A stretch of DNA of 64,000 nt from Octopus vulgaris (GCA_951406725.2 OX597837.1:1674001-1738000); one strand, 5' to 3'. Shown: positions 1-12,420, counted from the stretch's first letter. Program-made: numbers and translations. The notes: generated from the sequence alone by a model not told the origin.

Positions 1-706
1 ATCACGTGCATACATGCACACTCAACCACACACACACACACACACATACAAATTCACAAACCTCATTGTTTCGGCGGCAAAGTGGTGGAGTCGGGGTGAA
101 TCCCTTGTGGCGTCAGTTGCAACTCTCTTGCACTCAACTTCAAATTCTGCTCATGTCTACTTCGTATTTCAACCTTTCAGGGGTCGATAAAAAGAAAAAA
201 TATCAAGTTCCAATCCAGTATTTTCTTGGAATGTTCTGCGTTCAAATCCCGCCATTGTTTATTCTGTTGCTGGGACCTAATCTCCCGTTGCGTTTACATT
301 ATCACCAGGCACCCTTGGATTATTTGGGCCGAATCTCCGAGTAGGGATTGATCCCCAGCCCCCGTCTCTTCGGCACCACATTCTCACACAAATATAATAT
401 AATCACATTCGCACATATATTCATTCACTCACGCACACAAACACATACAGCCAGTGACCATCACACACACACGCACACACACTATATCTCTTTTTCACAC
501 ATGTGTGCGCTCACATATACACCTGTTGATCCTCACATATGCACTTACACAAAAGCACATATCCAAACATACATTGCCTCTCACACGCACATGAATTTGC
601 GCCCTGCAGTCGTGGCCAAAAGTTTAAAACATTAAAACAAAAACATTGGAATTGTTATGTTCAAGCACAATCCAATCCATGTGTATACAATATATATTCG
701 GGGCTA

Positions 707-1240
707 ACGTGCTTGGTTTCCTGCTTGCTTGAGGACATCTTTGTTGGGACATGATTCTACCATTTGATGCCAAAGATGAGATGGCTTGGACATGATAGCT
801 ATATGAAAGATTGTAGTATCCCCAAGGACATACTCAACGGAGAGCTTGCTAGGGGCACTAGGTCTGTGGAAAGACCGTTCTTACGATACACGGATGTTTG
901 CAAAAGGGACATGAAGGCCTGCAACATCAATATTAGCGACTGGGAAGCAGTCGCCAGCAACCGTGGAGATTGGCGACGTACCGTAAAAGAGGGAACACAA
1001 TGGAGTGACAGAGGGAGAGAGGAGAAATGGAAAGACAAAAGACGTCAACAAGAAACTATGACATTACAACCAGCCAGGAACAGTCTTCGCTATATTTGCG
1101 GCACCTGCCAGAGGGAGTGTTGTCCATGATAGGACTACACAGCCACAGCAGGAGATGTATTAGGACATGAAATGTAAAGGCCGGACTAGATTATTTTATG
1201 CGCAACTCCATTGTCTCCCGAGACAAAAAGGATGCCAACA
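707..1240 (+). mobile_element. 5'-truncated RTE-clade LINE 3' end with an inverted 5' segment and a 15-bp TSD
   Basis: RWLGH..IPKDILNGELARGTR..RPFLRYTDVCKRDMKA..WEAVASNRGDWR plus a CxxC..HSRRC tail is a typical RTE ORF C-terminus. atatattcggggcta occurs at both 692-706 and 1241-1255. Confidence 0.9.
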
Positions 1241-1789
1241 ATATATTCGGGGCTATTTAATACGCAAATTCTCATTTTTTAGACCGATAATCCAAAGTTT
1301 CGGCCACGACTGAAGATCACTTTCTCTCAACAATCTTTAACCAATGAACATCTTTAATTCTTGTTTTACTCGTTGCCATTCGATGTTTAAAGGAATCATA
1401 TTTTTATAATTAAATATTATTAGGAAACTCATAAAAAAATGTTAAAATATTTTGTATTTTCTAGAAGCATGTATAAGTAATAAAATTTAGTAAATAAAAT
1501 TATCATAAATTTTAGCAGCAAAATCTTTTATGGACCCACGAGGAGGATCATATGGACCGCTAAAGTTCATAACCCCTGCCCTTCATTATCTCTAAGCTAG
1601 CCTATGTTAAAAGATCTTCAAAGTGCACAATCGTGAGTCTTTGGATATCTGGGCTCACATTGTAGAATACGTTCATTATATATGTAACCGTTTTGCCAAA
1701 TATGGTGATGATTGTGGATATCCGTCCTAGAGGACGCGGATTCGGTTGATCGATCAATTGAATTATCTGCCCCTGAATTCTGAGAGAAT

Positions 1790-2120
1790 CGGCGAAACGT
1801 TAGCACGCCGGGCGAAATGCTTTGCAGTATTTCGTCTGCCGCTACGTTCTGAGTTCAAATTCCGCCGAGGTCGACTTTGCCTTTCATCCTTTCGGGGTCG
1901 ATTAAATAAGTACCAATTACGCACTAGGGTCGATATAATCGACTTAATCCGCTTGTCTGTCCTTGTTTGTCCACTCTATGTTTAGCCCATTGTGGATAAT
2001 AAAGAAATAGGTATTTCGTCTTTCTTATGTTCTGAGTTCAAATTCCGCCGATATCGACTTTACCTTTCATCCTTTCGGTGTCGATAAATTAAGTACGAGT
2101 TGTGGTCCTTGTGCCTAGAG
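1790..2120 (+). mobile_element. SINE family B: one near-full copy plus a partial copy
   Basis: gaaacgttagcacgccgggcgaaatgc..gagttcaaattccgccgaggtcgactttgcctttcatcctttcggggtcga with B-box-like gagttcaaat. The same unit recurs many times in the window. Confidence 0.85.
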
Positions 2121-3175
2121 TAGAAATGAATCGGCGTGTCGCAGTGACTGCAATAAGGTTGTACCTTTTAAATTGCAAACAGAATCCAACTGACGGATTC
2201 TGTACTGTTTTCGTCCACCCATTATCTCCCAAAGGATATAGATAAAAAAAAATGATATTTCCCGAAGATTCCATGCATGGTAACCGAACCCGAAATCGCA
2301 TTGTTGTGGAGCGAATTTCTTAACCATACGGCACGTAGCGTTAATATCTAAAACATCACATCAAAATAATTACTTCGGAAAATAATTAAGGATTTGGAAT
2401 TTTTCTTTTCATTTTGTGCTGAAATAATATCCTTGTAATTATTTTAGCTACTTTTTATTGCAGCGAATTAATTGAAACACACACACACACATTTATGCCT
2501 GTATGTTTTTCAAAAGTACCGATGGTGTCAAAATCGTTCAGAGGGAGCACAATCGCATATACGATTACAAATAGAAATGGGTTAATGAAAAATAAGCTGA
2601 AATTCAATGCAGGACAGCTTCTAGTCTTCAAACACTTCTCTCTCGGTCTTTTGAACGATGCCAATTCCAGACACATTCAGTGCATAATCTGCGAATTAAT
2701 TTGATAGCCATTTTACCAAAATGGCAAACATACGCAAGCAGTTGGCAGCAGACATAAGAAAAAACATGAAAAACACTGGATATTTGTAGATAAGAATTCA
2801 AAATGCTCTCATATTAAATCGTCTGGGGTACTCCTTCTAAGGTATTGCGAAAACATGTTTTTGTTTTTTAAACCAGAATCGATCCGATGTACGCGAACCA
2901 AACAATTCTCATGCGTCAAATGAGCAGCTAAAAAGGTTGAAAATGTGTAAGGTGTGGCCATGTTGTTAAAGAGCTAGTTTTCCAACCATGGAGGCTTACG
3001 TTCAATCTCGCTTCTAATATAATCACGGGCTGACCAAAGAATCCCTTCGTACGTCTGTCTATCGCTCACCACCGATTGGCAACCCGTGCTGGTCTGTTTA
3101 CACAAACTTACAATATAAAACGACTCACATGATTATGTATGTGTGTGTCTTTGTATATATATATATATATATATA

Positions 3176-3380
3176 GTTAATCCAAATATGAAAAGACAAA
3201 GAGAAAACACAACAACGCGAGGACGTGGAACAAGTATAGTGTTATTGGACGCTCAGCAAAGGAAAGAAAGAAGGAGGATTTAATGTTTCGAGCGGAGCTC
3301 TTCGTCAGAAACATAGGAAAAGGAAAGATCCAAGGAAAGGAAGACGGAGGAATAAATCGCCAACGGTACACAGGCGGTTA
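3176..3380 (-). mobile_element. Penelope-like element end next to (TA)n, with a minimal hammerhead motif
   Basis: Minus strand reads gttt-CTGACGA-a-gagc-tcc-gctc-GAAAC-atta at about 3276-3312. The terminal part recurs in the opposite orientation at about 44545-44619, again abutting (TA)n. Confidence 0.6.
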
Positions 3381-4273
3381 CATTTTGAATCATATAGATA
3401 TGATATATACACATATATATATATATGTATGTATGCCTTGTTTTTATTTCTTAGATCTATTCGAATGACGAGAAAGCTAGTTTGTAACAGAATAACCAAA
3501 AGCTTTAATCCTGGGATTTGGATAGCAGCGCATTTCAATAAAGTCTTGCACATTTTTATTGTTCCACTTACAGACTATATCTGTAAAGCGCGTGTGAGTT
3601 GTAGCTTCTCCAGATTGTCATTTAGAGATTTACTAACATAACCACAACTAACTTTTCGTGTAAAAGTAAATTCATATCAGGGTAGAATTGCTGTAATTTT
3701 CGAAGCGGGTATCCGTAAACATTTTTCTGCTTGTTGATTTTTAAAGAATTTCATTTCTGTGGGGCAGGTAACGTTTAGATCTAAATGAGTTTGCCTTTCG
3801 CTCCCACATAAGTACGTCAGGTATGTTATATGTTTAATTCGTAGAAATTCTGATGGGAATGTTCCGCCAGTATTCGTTGTGCTGATAAAAATGTACGTGT
3901 GTTCACACTTGTTCAACGAGCGAGTGGGACGAGACAATATGAAAAGTACACAAAGCTGACTAATTAATCACTGATGTGACTTATATAATTTAGTTACAAT
4001 GCCAAATGCTACAAATGTACAGCTGCCTCTATCCCACGAGGGGGGCGGGATTCTCCAGGAATTGCTGATCTGACATAGGAAATAAACAGGTGAACATTTC
4101 AGTATATACCATATACACGCGCACACTCACACACACACAAATACACACATATATATATAGTTGAAATCTATAGAAAAACAAAAAACGAAGGTAGATGTAT
4201 GAACAACAAAGAAATGTATTAGTTTAACACTCGATATATGACAAACACATACATATGTCTGTGTCACCCCTTT

Positions 4274-4427
4274 TATGTATGTATGTATGTATGTATGTAT
4301 GTATGTATGTATGTGTGTATGTATGTATGTATGTATGTATGTATGTATGTATGTATGTATGTATGTATGTATGTATGTGTGTATGTATGTATGTATGTAT
4401 GTATGTATGTGTGTATGTATGTATGTA
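4274..4427. repeat. (TATG)n microsatellite
   Basis: Direct inspection; explains the MYVC-repeat ORFs. Confidence 0.95.
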
Positions 4428-5089
4428 TTTATACGTAAGAAACACTAAAAAACAGTCTCTTTTTTTTTCAAGCTGATGATTAATTGTCACATTACAATTC
4501 CGTTAAGAATCAACTATATATATTGCACTTTAACGTCGCGTATTGAGTTCTCCTTTGATTTCAACTCGTCTCAAAATCCGGTGAATATATGTCTGTGAAT
4601 GACACACACACATATGTATATATACATGCGTGTATATATATATATATATATATATAATCTTAGTTTGTGTATTTGATATATATGTAGACACACACGATGT
4701 CTCTGTACATGTCTGTGCATTTGCGTTAACGATTTCGTGTGCCTCTGAACGACGGTAACGGATACGAGCATTTCATGAACAGTATCATACTGCTAATCTC
4801 TGAAGCGATAGCTCACTCACTTCCGCTTCCTATTTGTCTCGTTCTCGTTATGCAACCCAATAGCCTTGTTTCCTATTAGCTCGACCCATGCGCCAGCCAT
4901 ATTCTGCTTACATTATTATCAACTCTTATCAGGTTTTTCTCATTAAAATCTTTTCACACAATTTACAAATGCCAACCTATCCTAAAATCGTGCAGTGAGA
5001 TGAAATCTAGAACCTAAGACCATGTATGTGTGTTGTATGAGTGTGCATACATCTGAATATATACATCACTGCATAAAAACACGTGTATT

Positions 5090-5137
<48 letters not shown>

Positions 5138-5481
5138 AATGCATATGTACACAAGTATATATTCCATGTGTGTGTGTCTGTCTGTGTGTGTACATATATG
5201 AACATCTATATTCGTGTATTCATATCATAGATACATGAATCTCCACAGATATACGTGGGAATATATATACATGCTTGCTTGTGTGTTTATTAATTACACA
5301 CGCGTATATACATACATACATACACGTGTGTGTGCGTATGTGTGCAAACATAAATTGATAAGTATATGCAATTCCCATATATGCTAATGTCATTATGTGG
5401 TTGTGTTTTTCCTGTATCCATGGCAGTTGTCAAAAAAAAATTCGTGTGAACTCGTTTCAGTCAAGTTATAGAACACATCTG

Positions 5482-5539
<58 letters not shown>

Positions 5540-6794
5540 ATGTATGTATGTATGTATGTATGTATGTATGTATGTATGTATGTATGTATACATGTATACA
5601 AAGACACACACATGCATATGTGTGTATTTGTATATATATATATATGCATACACACACACATATATTCACATGTCTGTATGTGTGTGTACATACACGGATT
5701 TAACGATGTGTTGGGGGGGGGCGATAAGCTATCGCATATTTTCAACCTACCTGATTTTTCTCAGACGGGTTTGCTCGCCCCAAGGTTATACTTGAATGCA
5801 GTTCATTGAGAAGCTGTTGCACTGAATGACGTATTCCAAGAAACAAAGACATTTTTCTGTAAAATTCGCCCTTTAGTCAGAAAAATAAAAGAGAAAGCTA
5901 AGTAGAATCGATAGCCAATCACCAAGTAAGGCTGCGATAACTTTAAGAAATTATGAAGCAATTTCAAGTAAAAGCAATTTCCACTTTCATTGTGAAAATC
6001 TTGTTTTTGTTAACATTAAATAGGAAGGCGCGGAGGCGTTCGCCTCTTTTGTGAACTCATCAGTTATGTGTAGTCTGCTTAGTGATGGAAATAAATTGTC
6101 GTTAAAATGAATTAACAAAACATAACTACAAATAGATACTAACCAAAACACATTCAAATACACGGCACATTGGCATCGTGGGTATGTATGACACTGAGTG
6201 TTCCATCTTGCAATCACAGATGGTAACCCTTTTTCAGGTCACAATGCTGTCCAAGGAAAACGACCCAGTCGGTAGTGTAGTGTTAGGGACAGAATGTCTA
6301 AAAAAACTGGAATGACAGAGCTGACTGCCTTTCGCCATGAAACTTATTTGGGTGACTATTTGGAGGTGATTACTAAAATACACACCCCCACACATGACAT
6401 ACGTAACCGTGAGAGACAGACAGACAGACAGACGGATAGAGTAGATAGGCAAAGAGGTAAGTACGATAGACAGATAGATAGACAGACGGGGAGACAGAGA
6501 GACAAATAGATTGATAGACTGACAAGCAGACAGACATACAGACAAAGTACCTCATAAGATGTGAGACTTTGGTGCGACAGGCAATTATGACTGACCTATA
6601 TCATTGTAATTTTTGTTTATCATTACTATACATTTAATAAGCTGACCTGCCACCTTTCGTTATTCACAAGGGGCCAGGTGAAGCAAGTTCCCCCTCCCCC
6701 GGAAAGCTCATGATCATCCCCCCCTTTTTCATAGCAAGGATATAATCTACAGCCACTAGATTCTGTCTGGTCAGTCAGTTAAGAAAGTGTTCTT

Positions 6795-7190
6795 CGTGGA
6801 GGTTTTCAGGGACTTCAAGAAGAGATTTTGTCGCAAAGTCCAAAGCTCGTGCACCAGGACAATGTACCATTCTGTGGTTCCATCCTGGTAACCAAACTAA
6901 TTAACGGAGACGGGAATCAAAACTATTCCTCAGTTCCACACAGTCCAGATTTTGCTCCCTCTCACTTATGTTGTTCCCCAGGCTGAAAGGAAAGATGAAG
7001 GAGGCTGTGACAAAGTTCCTGTACATCTTCACGTTGGACGGACTTCTACAGGACCTCCACGAAGTGACTGGAACACTACAACAGTTGCATTGAATTGAGA
7101 GGATCCTATTTTGGTACTTCCTTGAAATTAATAAAATTCTCTACAGACGTTTGAGAAGGTCTGAAAACTTCTGGAGTGCGCCTTACATAT
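6795..7190 (+). mobile_element. Degenerate mariner (Tc1/mariner) transposase C-terminal fragment
   Basis: Frameshifted HQDNVP..SILVT..TETGIKTIPQ.PHSPDFAP resembles mariner HDNAxxH and HPPYSPDLAP. A TIR-like end lies near 7160-7188. Confidence 0.7.
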
Positions 7191-7329
7191 ATTTCATATA
7201 AATTTCCACTATATATTCGTTTTATGAACATGTCAACTAGACATCATAATTTCGACCTCATTCGACTTGAACTGCGCTTTGAAAAAAAAATGGCTTTGGT
7301 CCTTTTAAGGTAATTTCCGGTTTATTATT

Positions 7330-7528
7330 TTCTACTCTAGGCACAAGGCCTGAAATTTTTGAAGAGGTGAAGGGGGGGAGGGGCAGTTAATTAGTATGTA
7401 ATTTATCGACCTCGAAAAGATAAAAGGCAAAGTTGACCTCGGCAGAATTTGAACTCAGAACATAAAAACAGACGAAACACTGCTAAGCATTTCGCCCAGC
7501 GTGCTAACGTTTCTCCCAGCTCGCCGCC
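7330..7528 (-). mobile_element. SINE family B
   Basis: Reverse complement of the family B consensus. Confidence 0.8.
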
Positions 7529-8129
7529 CTACGATTTCCGCTTTATTGAAGTACGTTCAATGTATGTTAAGGCAATCGATGCACAATATGTTAATATATT
7601 ATTTCCATCTGTTATTCATATAGACACCTCACCAAATGAGCAACCACACCATCTATACTCTCATAAATATCTTTTCCTGCATCTGGGGAAATGTTCCTTG
7701 CTCTAAGGATTGGTTCGTTTTACCAAATGCCTCTGCTACAATCACGATGATAGATTTTGCCAATTCCATTCCAACTTCTTTACCAATGCTATCGTGTTTT
7801 CTTACTGAAAAAAAAAAAAGCACATTGTGAACGAAGCGAAAAGCGTCTGACGTCCAGCCTCTGCAGGCCTCAACCTACTCTACTCTCGTCGAACCTCGTA
7901 CGATTTTTCATCTTCATATGTTATATACACTGATTTTCATACACACAAGGTACCGCGCCAGTCAGCCATGCGTGCATGTATATATAGACGTCTCTGTGTG
8001 TTAAGTAACTTGCTTCCCAACCACATGGCTCCGGGTTCAGTCCAACTGCGTGACACCTTGGGCAGGTGTCTTCTACTATAAACTCGGGCTGACCGAAGCC
8101 TTGTGAGTGGATCTGGTAAATGGAGACTG

Positions 8130-8166
<37 letters not shown>

Positions 8167-8171
<5 letters not shown>

Positions 8172-8634
8172 GAAAGAATGGAGTCGAACGAATATTTTAA
8201 CAAAATTCCTTTACCCTTTGACACGTTTCGAAGACTACATACTCTTAATTCCAAAGGAATAAAGGGTGCATTATGCCGTCTTCTCTTCAGGAAAGACAAG
8301 GAACCTCTATCAGTCTCAAGACGAACAAAAACTTTTTGATGACTGCCTACATTGTGTGTGTGTAATCTTATATTTGTTTCAGTCATTTGACTGCGAGCAT
8401 GCTCAAGTATTGCCTTTAGTCGAACAAATCGACCCCAGGACTTATCAATGTAGGCAGTCATCAAAAAGTTTTTGTTCGTCTTGAGACTGATAGAGGTTCC
8501 TTGTCTTTCCTGAAGAGAAGACGGCATAACGTACCCTTTATTCCTTCGGAATTAAGAGTATGGAGTCTTCGAAACATGTGTCGAGAGTAAAGGAATTTTG
8601 TTAAAAAATTCCTTCGACTCCATTCTTTCATTTA
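8167..8634. repeat. ~188-bp inverted repeat (arms 8167-8354 and 8446-8634, 91-bp spacer)
   Basis: taaatgaaagaatggagtcgaa...gatgactgcctacattg is the reverse complement of caatgtaggcagtcatc...ttcgactccattctttcattta, with a few mismatches. Confidence 0.95.
8505..8587 (+). ncRNA. Type I hammerhead ribozyme motif (Penelope-like element type)
   Basis: Stem I ctttc (8505-09) / gagag (8583-87); core CUGAAGA (8510-16); stem II gaagac (8517-22) / gtcttc (8565-70); GAAA (8571-74); short palindromic stem III ac-atgt-gt; GUC cleavage triplet ending at 8582. Confidence 0.75.
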
Positions 8635-9010
8635 TTCAAATAAAAAAAACACACAAATTTACACACAAGAACACGGTGTTTCTACCTTTGATATGTAGCT
8701 TCAACCGTGTTTTCTGATGTGAATTTGCTACCCAGGTATCGGTTAACCGAATTTTCCATACAAGGATAATTCATTCACCTACTTAAAATATATATATATA
8801 TATATAGGTTAGTGTGTATGTTTTTGTCCCCTCAACATCGCTTGACAACCGATGTTGGGGTGTTTACGTTCCTGTAACTTAGCGGTTCGGCAAAAAAGAG
8901 CGATAGAATAAGTACTAGGCTTACAAAAAGATAAGTCCTGGGGTAGATTTGTTCGACTAAAGGCGATACTTGAGCATGCCCGCAGTCAAATGACTGAAAC
9001 AGATATAAGA

Positions 9011-9058
<48 letters not shown>

Positions 9059-9229
9059 ACAGGTGCATTGCGTAAAAATGAGATTAAATATCAATTTTGA
9101 TGGAACAGTTTCTCATTCATTATTTCAATGTTCTTTATCCATTCAAGTGTTCTATCGCACGCTGTGGTACGAAATTGCGTGCTGATCTCTGTTAGCGTAC
9201 ATGAGCTATTGGAATCTCGTTCCGGATGA

Positions 9230-9487
9230 CCTGTTTTGATGCAATGTCTGTAAAAGAACCTGCAAATCATATGGTGGATTGAAGCGGCACTTCAGTGCAC
9301 CATTCATAATAAATCAGCGGAAAATGAAACCAAAGCTGGAATGAGATGTTGCTGCAGGATGTGGGATCAATTCTTAGAACATATTTCAGTGCACAAAAGT
9401 CATTGAAGGTATCACGCTGGGAAAGAGCAATTATAGATACAAAGAGGTGGGGGTCATCCTCTGCAAGGAGTAGGCAACCGCCTAAAG
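9230..9487 (+). mobile_element. Degenerate RTE/RTE-X-like LINE 3' end with C2H2 zinc-finger remnants
   Basis: 9240 onward translates as CNVCKRTCKSYGGLKRH, followed by a decayed second finger and a gtcatcctc..gag..gcc type 3' end. Confidence 0.55.
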
Positions 9488-9559
9488 CATGAGGATGTGA
9501 CTAGAAGACGAGAATCTCAATACTACGTGGGTCACCGTTTTAGAAGATAACAAATCTTA

Positions 9560-9635
<76 letters not shown>

Positions 9636-9674
9636 ACTACAGCGTCAACAATAATAATAATAATAATAATAATT

Positions 9675-10086
9675 TCAAATATTGTCACAAGGGCAGCAGA
9701 GAGCCCTATGCTTCATTGGTGCTTAATTTATCGACCCCGAACTAATGAAAGGCAAGGTCGACCTCAGCGGAATTTTAACAAACAAGGTAGCAACGGGCGA
9801 AATACCGCTAAGCATTTTGGCCGGTGTGCTAACAATTCTGTCAGCTCGCCGCCTTCTAAATAACAATAATAATCCTTTCTATTATAGTCACAAGGCATGA
9901 AATTTTGGTGGAGGGGGCCAGTCGATCACATCGACTCCAGTACACAACTGGTACTTTATTTCTCGACCCCGAAAGTATGAAAGGTAAAGTCAACGTCGGC
10001 GGAATTTGAACTTAGAACGTTAAGACAGACGAAATACCGCTAAGCATTTCGTCCAGGGTGCTAACGATTCTGCTAGCTCGCCGCTT
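9675..10086 (-). mobile_element. Two tandem SINE B copies between (AAT)n tracts
   Basis: Reverse-complement consensus occurs twice (about 9675-9855 and 9870-10086). Confidence 0.8.
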
Positions 10087-10133
10087 TAATAATAATAATA
10101 ATAATAATAATAATGATGATGGTGATGATAATT

Positions 10134-11533
10134 TGGTGTGTTAGTCTTGAAGAGAGGCAAAATCAAATGTATTGATGGGCTAGCGATAACGTCGGAGTTT
10201 TTTTTATAAAGCAGATGGAAGAGACGGACTATAAGTGCTTAGGGATATTGGAAATGGATTAATTGGAGAAAGAAAGACAGAAATATTTAAGGTGGAGTAC
10301 TTGCGCAAACTGAGACTGATCCTTAAGTCGAAATTAAACGGACGGAATAAGATTCAAGCTAACAACACCTGGGCATTTTTACTACTTAGATATGGAGTAT
10401 GGGTGATCGCATGGACAGCAGACGAACTAAACAGCTTACACAGAAAGACAAGAAAGTTGCTGACTAGATATGGAATAGACCACCCAAAAAGTGAAACAGA
10501 CAGGCTGTATGTACCAAAAAAAAGATGGGGAAGAGGACTGATTGGATGCGAAAACAGCATTAGAGCAGAAGAAAACAACATAGCATGGTGTGAAAACATG
10601 CTACAGAACCACTGTAGTTGGAAGTAAGAGGATCAGGTCTGTGTAGGGTGGAAAATTGCAAAGATAAGGCAGTGAGCACTTGAGAATGAATGAAACTGAA
10701 TATAGGTGGATAAAGAAAAAATGGACAATTTCATAGGGATGTCGAACATAAGACAGACAGAGAAAAAAGGTAGCTATGGATGGCTAAATGTGATTTAAAA
10801 CCGGAAACAGAGACTCTAATCTGTGCCACCCAAGTGCAAGCATTAAAAGCCAATTACATCAAATATAGAATAATCAGCACATCAGAAAGTGATAAGTGCA
10901 GAATTTGTGGACAGAATAGTGAAACCGTATCGTATATTACCAGTCATTGTATGCCACTAGCCCAGAAAGAATATAAGACACGTCATGACAATATAGCAAG
11001 GATTTTCCAATGGACACATTGGAACAAGTATGGACTTGACAGAGCAAAAGGTTGTACGAACATAAATCTGAATGCATCATCGAAAAAGATAATACAAAGA
11101 TCCTATGGGATTTTACGATTCAGTGCGACCATGAGGTAGAGAAAAGGAAACCAGACATAGTCTTAATTGAGAAAGAAAACAAACGATGATGGATCAGAGA
11201 TATAGCATATCCAGCTGACAACAAGGTATACGATAAAAAACAAAGAAAAGTCGATAGATATGACAGGTTAGCTTGGGAAGTTAAACAGTTTTGGGCGATG
11301 AAAAAAGTGGTAGTAATACCAATAATTGTCGGAGCCCTGGGAACAGTGAGTAAAAATCTTGAGAAGTACATGGAACAAATAGGGGCTGCAATAAGAGTGG
11401 AGCACTTGCAGAAAACAGCACTGCTTGGAACCGGTCGAATACTCCGGATAGTTCTCGAAAAATAAGAGGTGTTACGTTAGTTCACTGGCAGTGAACAGCT
11501 GGCACCATAGTATATCTCCAGCGCTAGAAGCAA
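10134..11533 (+). mobile_element. R4/Dong-like non-LTR retrotransposon 3' portion (RT C-terminus, CCHC knuckle, REL endonuclease), disrupted
   Basis: LILKSKLNGRNKIQA.NTWA..LRYG, HPKSETDRLYVP..GRGL, CRICG..ET..I.SHC..LAQKEYKTRHD, KPDIV..DIA.PAD and PIIVGALGTV. Flanked by (AAT)n on both sides. Confidence 0.9.
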
Positions 11534-11579
11534 ATAATAATAATAATAATAATAATAGTAATAATAATAATGATAATGG

Positions 11580-11990
11580 TTTCAAATATTGTCACAGGGG
11601 AAGCCATTTTGGAAGAGGGGATGAATCGATTATATCGACCCCTGTGTTCCAATGGTACTTAATTTACCCCCGAAAAGATGAAAGGCAAAGGCGACCTCGG
11701 CGGAATTTGAACCCAGAATGTACGGACAGATAAAATGCTGCTAAGCATGTCGCCCAACATGCTAACGATTTTGCCAGCTCGCCATCTTGACAACAACAAT
11801 AATGATAGTTTATATTTCGGCCAAAGGTCAACAGATTTGGAGGAAGGATTAAGTCGATTAAATCGACTCCAGTGTCCAACTGGTACGTATTTTATCAATC
11901 CTGAATGGATGAAAGGAATGTTCGTCTCGGTAGCATGTGAACTCAGTGTAATGAGCCGGAAGAAATCGTAGAAAGTGTTCGACGCACTAA
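11580..11990 (-). mobile_element. Two tandem SINE B copies
   Basis: Reverse-complement family B consensus; the second copy is degenerate. Confidence 0.75.
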
Positions 11991-12039
11991 CGATTCCTGT
12001 CACATGCGTACGTAAATATTATAGCCAGTCGGTGCTTCA

Positions 12040-12420
12040 TTTTGGCCCCACCACTGCAAAGAACGTTTTTTTTATTATTATTGTACAGAATCCATCTTTG
12101 ATGGCAAGTTATAATACGGTCGGGAAATGGATCGGTCTGGTTACAAAGAAGAAGCGACGAGCAAATTCCATATCTGCACATTTTCTGATTTTCATTCAGA
12201 TCGTAACTGTTGGGTGTCCACTACTTTCACGATCTTCAAGGCTCAAGCCTCCACTGCGAAATCGTTTAAACCATTTTCGAGCTGAACACTCACTGGTCAT
12301 TTTTTTACCAAACGCTTCGTTGATATCGCGAGCAGTTTCGTCAGCTTCACGTCCATTTTTGAATATCGCACTGTTACTGTTCCATTTCAGATGATTGTAA
12401 CAATGGTGAAGACAAAAATC
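12040..12420 (-). mobile_element. Degenerate mariner transposase N-terminal and first catalytic Asp fragment
   Basis: Minus strand RKWFKRFRSGGLSLEDRESSGHP (WFxxFxxG..LED..RSGRP) and DRIITCHQRWILYNN (RIVTxDEKWxxY). Confidence 0.75.

Larger units (their letters stand above)
7990..9012 (+). mobile_element. SINE family A split at its internal (TA)n: head 7990-8131, 3' half about 8810-9012
   Basis: The head and 3' half match the intact copies at 28406 and 60310. About 620 bp of other sequence lies between two (TA)n tracts. Confidence 0.8.

Noticed and set aside
9240-9420. C2H2 zinc finger suggesting a host ZNF gene
   Set aside because: Preceded by a stop, no TGEKP linkers or splice sites, and followed by a LINE-like 3' end.
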